Assembly (NCBI GenBank): GCA_038520555.1
Contig: JBCBLB010000001.1
Span: forward strand, 1-53,742
Length of the DNA stretch: 53,742 bases
From: Myxococcota bacterium
GTDB lineage: Bacteria > Myxococcota_A > UBA796
Direction of reading: 5' to 3'
The position numbers and the translations under genes are program-made. Shown one piece after another: positions 19,105 through 27,851 of this stretch; within the stretch, counting starts at the first letter, position 1; every line of letters starts with the position of its first letter. The notes under the pieces were generated by a model. The model made no database searches and had not been told where the DNA came from. It worked only from the letters and a program-made list of their open reading frames with translations.

Positions 19105-19745
19105 TGCTCGAGGCTGGCGACCGCGCGCGCCTGCCGGCGCTCGACCCGGCGGACCACCTGGAGCGCCGTCCAGGCCGATGCGACGCCCAACAGACCAGAG
19201 ATGACGCCCAGAATCACCGTGGTCTCACTCACGAACGCTTCACGGAGCGACAGCCGGGAATAGAAGTTGTTGAAGATGCCGGTCCCGATCCAGAACGCCC
19301 ACCAGTTTCTCAAGAACGAGTTGTCGTACTCTCCCTCTGGGAGGTCCATCATATCCGCGCCGTCCACGTCGGAGGCGATCCAGATCTCCTCCATCGCCTG
19401 ATACGGCCAGATCAGGTTGGCGAAGGGGACAAACCAGCTCCACACCACGCCCCCCGTCGAGAAGGTGCGCCCCGCGTCTGGCTCGATGACGTCCAGAAAT
19501 TTGCGGGCGCCATGCATCCACACCAGCCAGACGATGCCGGTCACCAGGAAGATCAGCACGCCGCCGATCGTCGTGGCCCCCAGCACGAGCACGATCATCG
19601 ACAAGATGTCGATCATGGGGGCAGAGGTGCTGTTCTCAAGCTGGTAGATGAAGAAGTCCGTGGGCACCGTCGCAGCCGAAACAGCAATGTTGATAAGCAG
19701 CAGACCTTGAAGGAGCCGGGCGGCGCTCTCATTGGGAGACGACAT
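19089..19745 (-). CDS. DUF4328-family membrane protein
   Basis: GGAGGG SD precedes ATG 19745. It has several TM helices and the family hallmark WSWFVPFANLIWPYQAMEEIWIAS. Confidence 0.8.
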   Translation of the reverse strand: MSSPNESAARLLQGLLLINIAVSAATVPTDFFIYQLENSTSAPMIDILSMIVLVLGATTIGGVLIFLVTGIVWLVWMHGARKFLDVIEPDAGRTFSTGGVVWSWFVPFANLIWPYQAMEEIWIASDVDGADMMDLPEGEYDNSFLRNWWAFWIGTGIFNNFYSRLSLREAFVSETTVILGVISGLLGVASAWTALQVVRRVERRQARAVASLEQWTME

Positions 19746-19872
19746 CAAAAACCCTCCGCGGTGATGATGCCAGTATACACACGTTCTCTCCTTAAAATTC
19801 TCCCCTACCGCCGGCTGTTGGGAAGACCCTGGTGGATGAGATGTTCACATCTTCTCCAGCCATTCATCGGCA

Positions 19873-20979
19873 TCACGGTGTCGACATGCCCGGACCACGG
19901 AAGGGCAGGCTCAACTGTGCCTGTTCTGTGTCGGGCTCCAGTCCTGCGATGCCGACACCGATCAGTCGAACCGCCAGCCGTCCTGCGTCGGTACGGCGGA
20001 GCAGGGCAGACGCCTCTACCGCGATACGGCCCGGATCCGCGGTGGGTTGTGAGAGGGTCGCAGCACGTGTCACGGTCGTAAAGTCCGCATAACGAACCTT
20101 GATCCGAATGGTACGTCCCACCGTATCGGCGTGAACCAGCCCATGTGCGATCCGCTCGGCCTGGTCGGCGAGGATGGCGTCGAGGATATCCAGATCGATG
20201 ATATCCTCGGCGAAGGTCTGCTCTGCGCTCCACGACTTGCGGATCCGATGCGGGCGCACGGGACGCGGGTCGATGCCCTGGGAGAGCTGCCACAGAAACA
20301 CACCATGGCTGCCGAAGCTCGCCTGCGCCACCGCTTCCCCCATCGCTGCGAGCTGGCCGATGGTATGGATGCTCAGGCCGGCGAGTCGCTTCTCGGTCGC
20401 CGGCCCGACGCCCCACAACCTGCGCACCGGGAGCGGATGGATGAACCGCAGCACATCCCGTGGCCGGATGACGGTGAGACCATCCGGCTTGTTCCAGTCT
20501 GACGCGATCTTGGCGACAAACTTCAGCGGCGCCACCCCCACGCTACACGTCAAGCCCAGGGTCTCACGTACACGCGCGCGGAGGTGCTGCGCGACCGCTG
20601 TCCCCGAGGCGAGGCCCAGCTTGTTCTCTGTCACGTCGAGGTACGCCTCATCGAGGGAGAGCGGCTCGACCAGATCCGTGGCGTCCACCAGGATCTGGCG
20701 GAGTTCATTGGAGACCGCTTTATACCGGACAAAGTCCGGAGGGACGATCACGAGCGCTGGGCACAGGCGCACCGCTCGGGACATCGGCATGGCCGATCGG
20801 ACACCGTAGCGGCGCGCCTCATAGGAGGCGGCCGCGACGACCCCGCGCCGCTCGGGAGGACCGCCGACGGCAAGCGGGCGGCCACGGAGCGCAGGGGCAT
20901 CCCGCTGCTCGACCGAGGCGTAGAACGCGTCCATGTCGAGGTGGAGGATGCGTCGCACCGGCTCCGTCATCGGAATCAC
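19873..20979 (-). CDS. dinB: DNA polymerase IV (Y-family)
   Basis: Motifs ILHLDMDAFYASVEQRD, LAVGG and SLDEAYLDVT are present, with little-finger region features. The start is GTG 20979 or ATG 20970. Confidence 0.92.
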   Translation of the reverse strand: MIPMTEPVRRILHLDMDAFYASVEQRDAPALRGRPLAVGGPPERRGVVAAASYEARRYGVRSAMPMSRAVRLCPALVIVPPDFVRYKAVSNELRQILVDATDLVEPLSLDEAYLDVTENKLGLASGTAVAQHLRARVRETLGLTCSVGVAPLKFVAKIASDWNKPDGLTVIRPRDVLRFIHPLPVRRLWGVGPATEKRLAGLSIHTIGQLAAMGEAVAQASFGSHGVFLWQLSQGIDPRPVRPHRIRKSWSAEQTFAEDIIDLDILDAILADQAERIAHGLVHADTVGRTIRIKVRYADFTTVTRAATLSQPTADPGRIAVEASALLRRTDAGRLAVRLIGVGIAGLEPDTEQAQLSLPFRGPGMSTP

Positions 20980-21124
20980 GAGCGGCCTTCTGGACAGGTT
21001 CCACCTGAAGATAGCGGATGAAGCCCGTGCGGCTCAAGGTGCATCACCTCGCTCATTGGGGGAGCGTCGCGGCCTCCATCTCGGCTCAACATCTTCTCGA
21101 TAGCTTCCCCCATCATCCGGTTTC

Positions 21125-21148
21125 GGAGGTATCCAAGGAGGTATCCAA
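21125..21148 (+). repeat. Perfect 12-bp tandem duplication containing the Shine-Dalgarno sequence
   Basis: GGAGGTATCCAA occurs at 21125-21136 and again at 21137-21148, followed by G and then ATG (21150). Confidence 0.9.
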
Positions 21149-21149
21149 G

Positions 21150-22046
21150 ATGCATCGACTCAAATACGGCCTGATTGGCGTGCTCCTGGCCATCGCGGCG
21201 ATGATGCTGTGGCAGCAGCTGCGGTACCAGCACCTTCGACGAACCGTGGTGCAGGATCATCAGCCACTCCTCCACGGCGAGGTGCTGCATGTCCTCACAT
21301 TCCTCACGGTCTCTCCCGATCAGGACCTGATCGAGGCCATGCGCGTCTTGAAGAATGCGGCGGAGCAGGACAGACCGGGAACCCTCATTTACGCCGGGAA
21401 GATCGTCGCCAACGTGATCTCATCACCGCAAGTCGTCCGCGCGTTCCGCGAAGACGTGCCGTGGGACGGGGTCATCCTCCAGCAGTTCCCAGACCGCGAA
21501 GCGTATGAGGCGTACCTGTCGAATGAACAGGTACAAGACGCGTTGGCGCAGTTTCCGGTGCGCTTCGCGCATGGGATGGACCGTTCGGCGATGGCATCGG
21601 CGCTGATGCCGCAGCTCCTCCTGGCCCGGAAGCTCAAACGGATCGCAACGTCTGCCCCCTCGCTTCTTCCCTTGAAGACCGATGAGACGCGACAGGAGAT
21701 GGCCACCGCCGCCTTCCCTCCCGATGTCGAGCAGCTCGGCGAAGACGCGATCGTGGTCGTCAACCTGATTCGGGAAGGCGACGCGGAGCAACGAACCAAC
21801 AACCGTCACTATAGTCGATCGATGATGGACCTGATGGCCGACCTGAACTACGGCCCGATGCACATCGGCGGCTCCATCCCCATCGATCATCCGCTCGCCT
21901 ACTCAAGCGTGGCCATCGTGTACTACCCCGGCGCGCGCTTCTTTCGGGACCTCATAACGAGCACATACCTCCAGGGAATCATCGGGAACAAGCAGCTCGC
22001 GGATACGCAGGTGTCCGTGACCGTCCCCATCACCGACGTGCTCTAA
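21150..22046 (+). CDS. Membrane-anchored hypothetical protein with two DUF1330-like (dimeric alpha/beta-barrel-like) halves
   Basis: ATG 21150 follows the duplicated GGAGG. It has an N-terminal TM helix (LIGVLLAIAAMMLW). Segments such as WDGVILQQFPDREAYEAYLSNEQVQ resemble the EFPS..A..WY.S.eY core of DUF1330. This domain call is tentative. Confidence 0.6.
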   Translation: MHRLKYGLIGVLLAIAAMMLWQQLRYQHLRRTVVQDHQPLLHGEVLHVLTFLTVSPDQDLIEAMRVLKNAAEQDRPGTLIYAGKIVANVISSPQVVRAFREDVPWDGVILQQFPDREAYEAYLSNEQVQDALAQFPVRFAHGMDRSAMASALMPQLLLARKLKRIATSAPSLLPLKTDETRQEMATAAFPPDVEQLGEDAIVVVNLIREGDAEQRTNNRHYSRSMMDLMADLNYGPMHIGGSIPIDHPLAYSSVAIVYYPGARFFRDLITSTYLQGIIGNKQLADTQVSVTVPITDVL

Positions 22047-22206
22047 CGACAGGCGCCGCACGAAACGCGAGGTCAGACCGTGATCCGAACGGTCCTGTGA
22101 TCGGGCGTGGCTTCGTCAACCTGAAAAAGGGGTGCGAATTCTGGGAGGCTGTGGTGTCTCCTGTTTCCTACGCGACCACCCGGTCGCTGACAAAACAGGA
22201 GGAGAG

Positions 22207-22905
22207 ATGCTCTGGTGGTGGTGTTCGGCAGCCTTCGCGGCGTTACCGAGCGACTTGTTGGTGGAGGTCGGTGTCGAGGTGGGCGCGGTCCAGGACGCGT
22301 TTGTCTCGCCGGGGACCTACCAGGGGACCGCATTGAGCCTGGGCGGCCATATCGAGACCCGCACAGACGAACGCATCGATGATCTGTGGGGCTACTATCT
22401 CCGCGGCGAGCAGCAGCGATTGGGAAGCGTCCAGGCGCTCTATGGCGGCGGCGGCGGCTGGACCATCCAGCCCCGGCTGATGGAACAGGGCGAAGTCGCG
22501 GTCTACCTGGGCGGCGCCTGGGACAACCGGGTCCGTTACCGACAGGGCCGCGCCGAGAGCTATACGGCATGGTCGACGCTGGGCCCTGCTGCGACCATCC
22601 GGTGGCGGCCGGTTGCGCGGCTGCGTCTGGACGGCGGGGTGTCCATTCCCATCATCGGCGTCTCTGCGCGGCCAGCCTACACCGTGGTCACGATCGACGG
22701 CTTGCCTGAGACCATCTCTGTGGATGTGACCTCGGTGCACAACCTGCAGTCGATCCAGGGGACGCTGAGCGCAGACTGGCAGGGGCCCAGCGGGGCGAGC
22801 GTGCGGCTGCTCTGGAGAGGCGGATGGCAGCGGCTGACCACCACCGATGAGCTGCGCGCCGCCGAGAGCACCCTCTCCGCAGCCCTCGTCTGGAGGTGGC
22901 GATGA
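22207..22905 (+). CDS. Putative outer-membrane beta-barrel protein
   Basis: AGGAGGAGAG precedes ATG 22207. It has a short signal-like N-terminus, alternating beta-strand pattern and a C-terminal aromatic residue (...ALVWRW). Confidence 0.6.
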   Translation: MLWWWCSAAFAALPSDLLVEVGVEVGAVQDAFVSPGTYQGTALSLGGHIETRTDERIDDLWGYYLRGEQQRLGSVQALYGGGGGWTIQPRLMEQGEVAVYLGGAWDNRVRYRQGRAESYTAWSTLGPAATIRWRPVARLRLDGGVSIPIIGVSARPAYTVVTIDGLPETISVDVTSVHNLQSIQGTLSADWQGPSGASVRLLWRGGWQRLTTTDELRAAESTLSAALVWRWR

Positions 22906-23885
22906 TCCTGCTCATGACCGGCTGCGCTGCGATGCTCGGTGCGCCGCCGGATGACGACCCAACCGCCGTCTACGATGCCATGTGGTCCCTCGTCGATGAA
23001 CGCTATGTCCTCTTCCCCGAGAAAGCGGTCGACTGGGACCGCGTCGGTGAGCAGGGACGGGCGCAGCTCTCGGCGGAGACCAGCGACGAAGACCTCTTCA
23101 CCGTCATGGCCGAGAGCCTCGATGCGCTCGAGGACGGCCACGTCAACCTCGACGCGGGCTTCGACATCTCCCGCCATTGGGACTTCTTTCTGGACGAACC
23201 CGTCGGGATCGATGATGAAGTCATCGAGCGAGACTACCTCCAGGATAAGCAGCAGATCGTCGGACCGTTCTGGCTCGCCTCGCTCGGAGAGGACGACGCG
23301 CTCACCTATCTCCGCCTCCCCAGCCTCTCCGAGCGCATCCAAGGCGCAGACCTCTCTGTCCTGCTCGATGATCTCGACGACGCCGACGGTGCGATCCTCG
23401 ACCTGCGCGGGAACGGCGGCGGGAGCCTGGACAACGCCACGGCGATCGCATCGATCTTCGCGGACCAGACGCGACCCACCCACAGCTACATCTACAAAGA
23501 GGGGCCGGGCCACCTGATGCGCTCTGCGCCCGATGTTGTACAGACAGACCCGGCGGAGCGGACGTTCACCAGGCCGCTGGTGGTCCTCACCGACGCGCGC
23601 TCCTACAGCGCAGCGACCGCGCTTTCCGGGATGCTCCGCCCGATGCCTCACGTCACCCTGCTCGGCCAGACGACCGGAGGCGGCGCAGGGATCGCGCAAT
23701 ACCACGAGCTGCCCAACGGCTGGTGGATCCGGATCCCCACCGCCGCGGTCGCAGACGGAGACGGGGCCTTGCTCGAAGACGGACTGGCCCCCGATTTCGA
23801 GGTCGACTTCGATCGGGTTCGTGCCGTCGAGGACGGCGTAGACACCATCCTCGAAGCCGCCATCACACTGCTGGAGGAGGGGTGA
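22902..23885 (+). CDS. S41-family (C-terminal-processing-type) peptidase lipoprotein
   Basis: ATG 22902 overlaps the upstream TGA as ATGA, with GGAGG 5 nt upstream; the track GTG at 22896 is an alternative. Lipobox LMTGC is present. Peptidase motifs are LDLRGNGGGS and VVLTDARSYSAATA. Confidence 0.82.
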   Translation: MILLMTGCAAMLGAPPDDDPTAVYDAMWSLVDERYVLFPEKAVDWDRVGEQGRAQLSAETSDEDLFTVMAESLDALEDGHVNLDAGFDISRHWDFFLDEPVGIDDEVIERDYLQDKQQIVGPFWLASLGEDDALTYLRLPSLSERIQGADLSVLLDDLDDADGAILDLRGNGGGSLDNATAIASIFADQTRPTHSYIYKEGPGHLMRSAPDVVQTDPAERTFTRPLVVLTDARSYSAATALSGMLRPMPHVTLLGQTTGGGAGIAQYHELPNGWWIRIPTAAVADGDGALLEDGLAPDFEVDFDRVRAVEDGVDTILEAAITLLEEG

Positions 23886-23891
23886 ATACAC

Positions 23892-23928
23892 CCCCCGCGT
23901 TCTCTGCATCCCCGACGGAGCGCGGGGG
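23892..23928. terminator. Weak candidate hairpin between convergent genes
   Basis: CCCCCGCG (23892-23899) pairs with CGCGGGGG (23921-23928), but the loop is 21 nt and there is no U-tract. Confidence 0.25.
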
Positions 23929-23937
23929 CCAGCCCGT

Positions 23938-24885
23938 TCAGGCGGTCCGCACCATCGGAGTGGTCGGGACGTTGGCCTTCAGCGCCTGGAGCATGGCCCG
24001 CATCTCAGACAGGTCATTGCGCATCGCCTCGCGCTCTTCCCGGAGCCGCGCCATCTCAAGCTGAGCGAGGGTGTCGTCGTGGTCGGGCAGCTGCGTCGCG
24101 GGGCGGAAGTTGCCTTCCTGGTCGATCTCATAGCCATGGCCGCGGAGGTGCTTGTTCACCTCACCAAGGAGCATCCCGCTCAGGCCCCAGACCACGTCAA
24201 AGGCGTCCGCGCCGAGCACGCCTGCTGCACCATAGGCTGCGTTCTCAGCCAACGAAGAGACCCAACCCGTCGGCATGTCTTCGAAGAAGTCGTGCTCCAG
24301 GCTGCTGGCCACGAAGGTGCCGAAGAACCAGATGGCGACCGCTTTGCTTGAATCAGAGGTGGCCCATTCCGGCAGAAAGGGTTCCCAGTCTTTGATGTAG
24401 AGGTCAAGCAGGTTCCGGACCATCTTGTAGCTGGCCCCATACTTCGCTGCGGTGCCCGAGGCTGCGGCCATCGTCTTGAATTTGGTCCAGGTGGTGTTAC
24501 GGACGTCGGTGTTGGTGGGGTTCATCGCAGTCTCCGAAGCGGCGGTTGAGGGAAAGTCTGAGAGGTGTTTGCGGGCGGCAGCGAGGGTCACACCGCCGAT
24601 GTCGTCCCCCCACGGCCAGTCCGTCCCCATCAAAAAGCGGGGCTGGAGCAGGTCACGATCGACCAGCTCCTGAAGCATGGTCGCGGTGGAAGGGTACTGC
24701 TTGAGCGGGAGCGGCCACACCCCGCCCGCGTTCTGAAAGATGACGTGTAAGCAGTTTCGAATATGATCGTCGGACATCTGGCGAACCAGAAGCCGATCGC
24801 CCGACTTGCGCATCACCCAGTACGACGCGTCGTCGCGGGTGATGCCGAAGTAATCGTAGACTGCTTTGAGTTGGGGATCAGGCAC
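23938..24885 (-). CDS. Hypothetical protein (315 aa) with a C-terminal coiled coil
   Basis: GGAGGG SD precedes GTG 24885. The middle is hydrophobic (AVAIWFFGTFVASSL). The C-terminus reads LAQLEMARLREEREAMRNDLSEMRAMLQALKA. Confidence 0.65.
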   Translation of the reverse strand: MPDPQLKAVYDYFGITRDDASYWVMRKSGDRLLVRQMSDDHIRNCLHVIFQNAGGVWPLPLKQYPSTATMLQELVDRDLLQPRFLMGTDWPWGDDIGGVTLAAARKHLSDFPSTAASETAMNPTNTDVRNTTWTKFKTMAAASGTAAKYGASYKMVRNLLDLYIKDWEPFLPEWATSDSSKAVAIWFFGTFVASSLEHDFFEDMPTGWVSSLAENAAYGAAGVLGADAFDVVWGLSGMLLGEVNKHLRGHGYEIDQEGNFRPATQLPDHDDTLAQLEMARLREEREAMRNDLSEMRAMLQALKANVPTTPMVRTA

Positions 24886-25137
24886 CGCGTGGCCCTCCGT
24901 TCACAGGCAAACATCACCCCAGAGGTGTGTTCATCATCGTGAGCACCCCCGGGATTGGACGACTCTCTTCGTAAAGCAGAATTGGCGCTCGCTCAATCAT
25001 CCATACGGACAGTTTCTGGTTGAAATCAAAATTAAATTGGTTAAATCGTTATTTTCAACGAAACCCATGTTTCGGTATCAGGCTGCCACAAGACCGCCCT
25101 GATGTGTCCAACGGGATACCCACAGGAGGTCACCACA

Positions 25138-26646
25138 ATGAAGCCCTATGCCCGACTCCTCATCCCCATGACGGTCGCCATGACGGTCACCATCGGATGC
25201 GACGGAGAAGACGACACCAGCGCGGTGGAAGACACCGGATCCATCGATGACGTCGACCCCGATGAGGCTGAGGACAGCGACGGGGAGGAAGCGGATCCCG
25301 ACGAAGAGACCGAAAACGATGAGGATCTCGAAGCGCTCGTCGGGCTCACCCTTCAGCTCGCAGAGAACCCGAACAGCACGCTGGCGGCGATTGCGACGGT
25401 GGGTGCCAACCTCGAAGTCCCGGTCACCATTCAACTGTGGAGCGAAGGGATCCCGGTGCTGGAGATGCCCTGGGCGGACAGCGACGATGCGCACACGTTG
25501 GACGTGGTCGGGATGCGGGCCGAGACGACCTACCAGATGGCGGCGGTCGCGATCGTCGATGGACAGCCGGTGCGAAGCGCGGTCGTCGAATGGACCGCTG
25601 GAGCCCTTCCCGACGATCTGGCGCCCATTACGTTGGCGCAGCCCGCCAGCGATGGCGCCAACCGGCTGACCCTGTTCGGCCCCAACAACACCGAGACGCC
25701 GTATCTCATCGGGGTCGACCGGGACGGCGAGGTGGTCTGGTATTACGACCCGGGCGATCTCGAGGACGAAGGCAACGACCGGAACGTCGAGCAGCTCGAC
25801 GACGGCAACGTCCTGATGCTCGTCGGCCAGGAGGCTCGGATCATCACCGCCGGTGGCGAGACGGTCCGCTCTATGGATCTGTCGACGGTCTCCGGGGTGA
25901 CCAGCAGCGCCCACCATGACGCCGAAGTGATGCCGAATGGCAACTGGCTCTTCTTGACCCAGGAGACCGTTGAGATGACCGTTCCCCCCTGGGAAGACCC
26001 GGTCGATGTCAAAGGCGATATCCTCATCGAGGTCGATGAGAGCGGAGCTGTGGTCTGGGAGTGGAGCAGCTTTGAGCAGCTGGACACCGATCGGTGGCCG
26101 ACCGAGCTGTCGACGAGCATGAGCCGCGGCAACGCCGACTGGACCCATGCCAACGCGGTCTTCTATGACGAGACATCGGATCGGGTCCTGGTCTCTCTTC
26201 GGCATCAGGACTGGGTCATCGCCATCGACCATGACACCGGGCAGATCGCCTGGGCGCTGGGAGAGGACGGGGACTTCACCCTGGATCAGGACGGCGAGTG
26301 GTTCACCGCTCAGCACGCAGCCACGCTGATCGACGGCGAGGTCCTGCTGTATGACAACGGCAACGAGAAGGACGACCCCATCAGCCGCGCCGTAACCTAT
26401 GCGATCGATGAGTCGAGCTGGACCGCCGAGCAGACCTGGTCATGGAGCGCCGAGCTGTACACCCAGAACCTGGGCGACGCCGATCGGCTGGACAACGGAA
26501 ACGTCCTGGTCTGCGCGGGCGGGCGGCGGACCGACGCAGACGCCCGCATCGCAGAGGTGAACGCCGCGGGAGCGGTCGTCTGGGAGGTCCAGGTCGGCGA
26601 CGAGCACTGGGTCTATCGCGCTGAACGGGTCGACTGGGTGCAGTGA
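25138..26646 (+). CDS. Arylsulfotransferase (ASST)-like beta-propeller lipoprotein
   Basis: AGGAGG precedes ATG 25138. Lipobox VTIGC is followed by a ~45-aa acidic linker. Motifs HHDAEVMPNGNWLFL and DWTHANAVFYDE..VLVSLRHQDWVIAIDHDTGQIAWALG are typical of ASST-type propellers. Confidence 0.65.
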   Translation: MKPYARLLIPMTVAMTVTIGCDGEDDTSAVEDTGSIDDVDPDEAEDSDGEEADPDEETENDEDLEALVGLTLQLAENPNSTLAAIATVGANLEVPVTIQLWSEGIPVLEMPWADSDDAHTLDVVGMRAETTYQMAAVAIVDGQPVRSAVVEWTAGALPDDLAPITLAQPASDGANRLTLFGPNNTETPYLIGVDRDGEVVWYYDPGDLEDEGNDRNVEQLDDGNVLMLVGQEARIITAGGETVRSMDLSTVSGVTSSAHHDAEVMPNGNWLFLTQETVEMTVPPWEDPVDVKGDILIEVDESGAVVWEWSSFEQLDTDRWPTELSTSMSRGNADWTHANAVFYDETSDRVLVSLRHQDWVIAIDHDTGQIAWALGEDGDFTLDQDGEWFTAQHAATLIDGEVLLYDNGNEKDDPISRAVTYAIDESSWTAEQTWSWSAELYTQNLGDADRLDNGNVLVCAGGRRTDADARIAEVNAAGAVVWEVQVGDEHWVYRAERVDWVQ

Positions 26647-26674
26647 CGACCGAGCAGGCATCGTTGACTTCCAC

Positions 26675-27409
26675 TCAAGGAGAGGGGTTCGGCTCATCAG
26701 GCCGATGACGCCATGTCACGACCCGCTCTCCGACCAGGAGATCCAGCTCTCCCGACGCATGGCGAACGATGCGATGGCAGGGCGACTGGTTCGCTTCCGC
26801 AAGGATCTGATCGCTGTTGAGAGACGGCCGCTTCGGGATCGACGTCACAAGATGGCACAACATCGGCGCCCCATCAATGGTGGCGTGAAAGACGAGACCC
26901 TGAACCATCTGCTCCCAGGGCGCGATCTGGATGGCGCAATCACTCGATGTGCCATCCGCGGAGCATCGCCACTGAAGCGGCAGGAACCGATCCATACGGT
27001 CCACGGTCAACCGCTCCCAGGCCCCACGCACCATGACGCCCGGATCGGATGCCACGATGACTTCATCGTCTTCGCTGAGGTGATCGGAGAGTTCGATCAC
27101 CAGATCCGCCACGTCCAGCCCGTCGATGAGCCACTCTGCGTGCAGTTCGTTCTCAACCACATCTCCCCGGGGCAGCACCCGCCCTTCATCGAGGGATGGC
27201 AGGTGGCGAACCGCATCGAACCGGTCGATGTTGCGAACCGCATCCAGATCATCGCCGACCCGAACCGTGCTCCCAACCACCGCGATGTCGTCACCAAAAC
27301 GCGCCATCCGGGCTGCGTCATCACAGAACCGTGCGCCGCTGGCGAGCCCAACCCCGAGCACGCCCAACACCCCAAACCCAACATGCGAAGAAGACTGTTG
27401 TTCCGACAT
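26675..27409 (-). CDS. Hypothetical protein with an N-terminal hydrophobic anchor
   Basis: ATG start at 27409. The N-terminus is GFGVLGVLGVGLASG. The composition is more protein-like than the antisense ORF 26705..27475. Confidence 0.55.
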   Translation of the reverse strand: MSEQQSSSHVGFGVLGVLGVGLASGARFCDDAARMARFGDDIAVVGSTVRVGDDLDAVRNIDRFDAVRHLPSLDEGRVLPRGDVVENELHAEWLIDGLDVADLVIELSDHLSEDDEVIVASDPGVMVRGAWERLTVDRMDRFLPLQWRCSADGTSSDCAIQIAPWEQMVQGLVFHATIDGAPMLCHLVTSIPKRPSLNSDQILAEANQSPCHRIVRHASGELDLLVGERVVTWRHRPDEPNPSP

Positions 27410-27465
27410 ACTCGCAGTGTAACAGACTCACATCCGCACCTCGGAGGATTCAGGCCCGCCGCCGA

Positions 27466-27834
27466 TCATTCATAGATCGTTCGAATGTACCCAATGACAT
27501 CCTGCACATCCTCTTCCGAAAGCTGAGACTGTGCCGGCATATAACCAAACCCATTCTGGATGACGCCAGCCAGCTCTTCATCACTCAACGACGGCGTCCG
27601 CGTGGGAAGCACATCGTTCGAACCATGGCAATACCCAGAACCACAGGTCAGATCGTGAATGGTTTGCCCATTCGTCAGATCCGTATCCGTATCCGTATCC
27701 GTATCCGTATCCGTATCCGTATCCGTGTCGGTGTCGGTGTCGGTGTCGGACTCTTCAACGCCGGAGTCATCGATGTTGCTGGCGTCGCATGCAGACAGGA
27801 AGAGGAACAGGCAGAGCAGAGAGATCGGTCGCAT
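27466..27834 (-). CDS. Small c-type-cytochrome-like lipoprotein with a (DT)n linker and a CX4CH site
   Basis: ATG 27834 has an upstream GGAG. Lipobox FLSAC is present. A ~11x DT linker is followed by CGSGYCH, and then GFGYMPA...EEDVQDVIGYI, which resembles the Met-ligand and C-terminal helix of class I cytochromes c. Confidence 0.7.
   Translation of the reverse strand: MRPISLLCLFLFLSACDASNIDDSGVEESDTDTDTDTDTDTDTDTDTDTDTDLTNGQTIHDLTCGSGYCHGSNDVLPTRTPSLSDEELAGVIQNGFGYMPAQSQLSEEDVQDVIGYIRTIYE
27679..27750. repeat. Hexanucleotide microsatellite encoding the (Asp-Thr)n linker
   Basis: 8 x ATCCGT (27679-27726) is followed directly by 4 x GTCGG(T/A) (27727-27750). On the coding strand this is (GAT ACG)n then (GAC ACC)n. 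Confidence 0.95.
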
Positions 27835-27851
27835 GTTGGCTCCGGGGAGGG

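Noticed and set aside
20991-21003. The TGGA-N5-TCCA palindrome upstream of dinB might have been a LexA/SOS box.
   Set aside because: The arms are only 4 nt. It does not match any LexA consensus I know (CTGT-N8-ACAG, the GGTT-type, the TTAC-N3-GTAA type or the Myxococcus-type). It is left as 'no SOS box recognised'.
27679-27750. The regular short repeat array might have been a CRISPR array.
   Set aside because: The units are 6 nt, contiguous and without spacers. They sit in frame inside a CDS encoding (DT)n.
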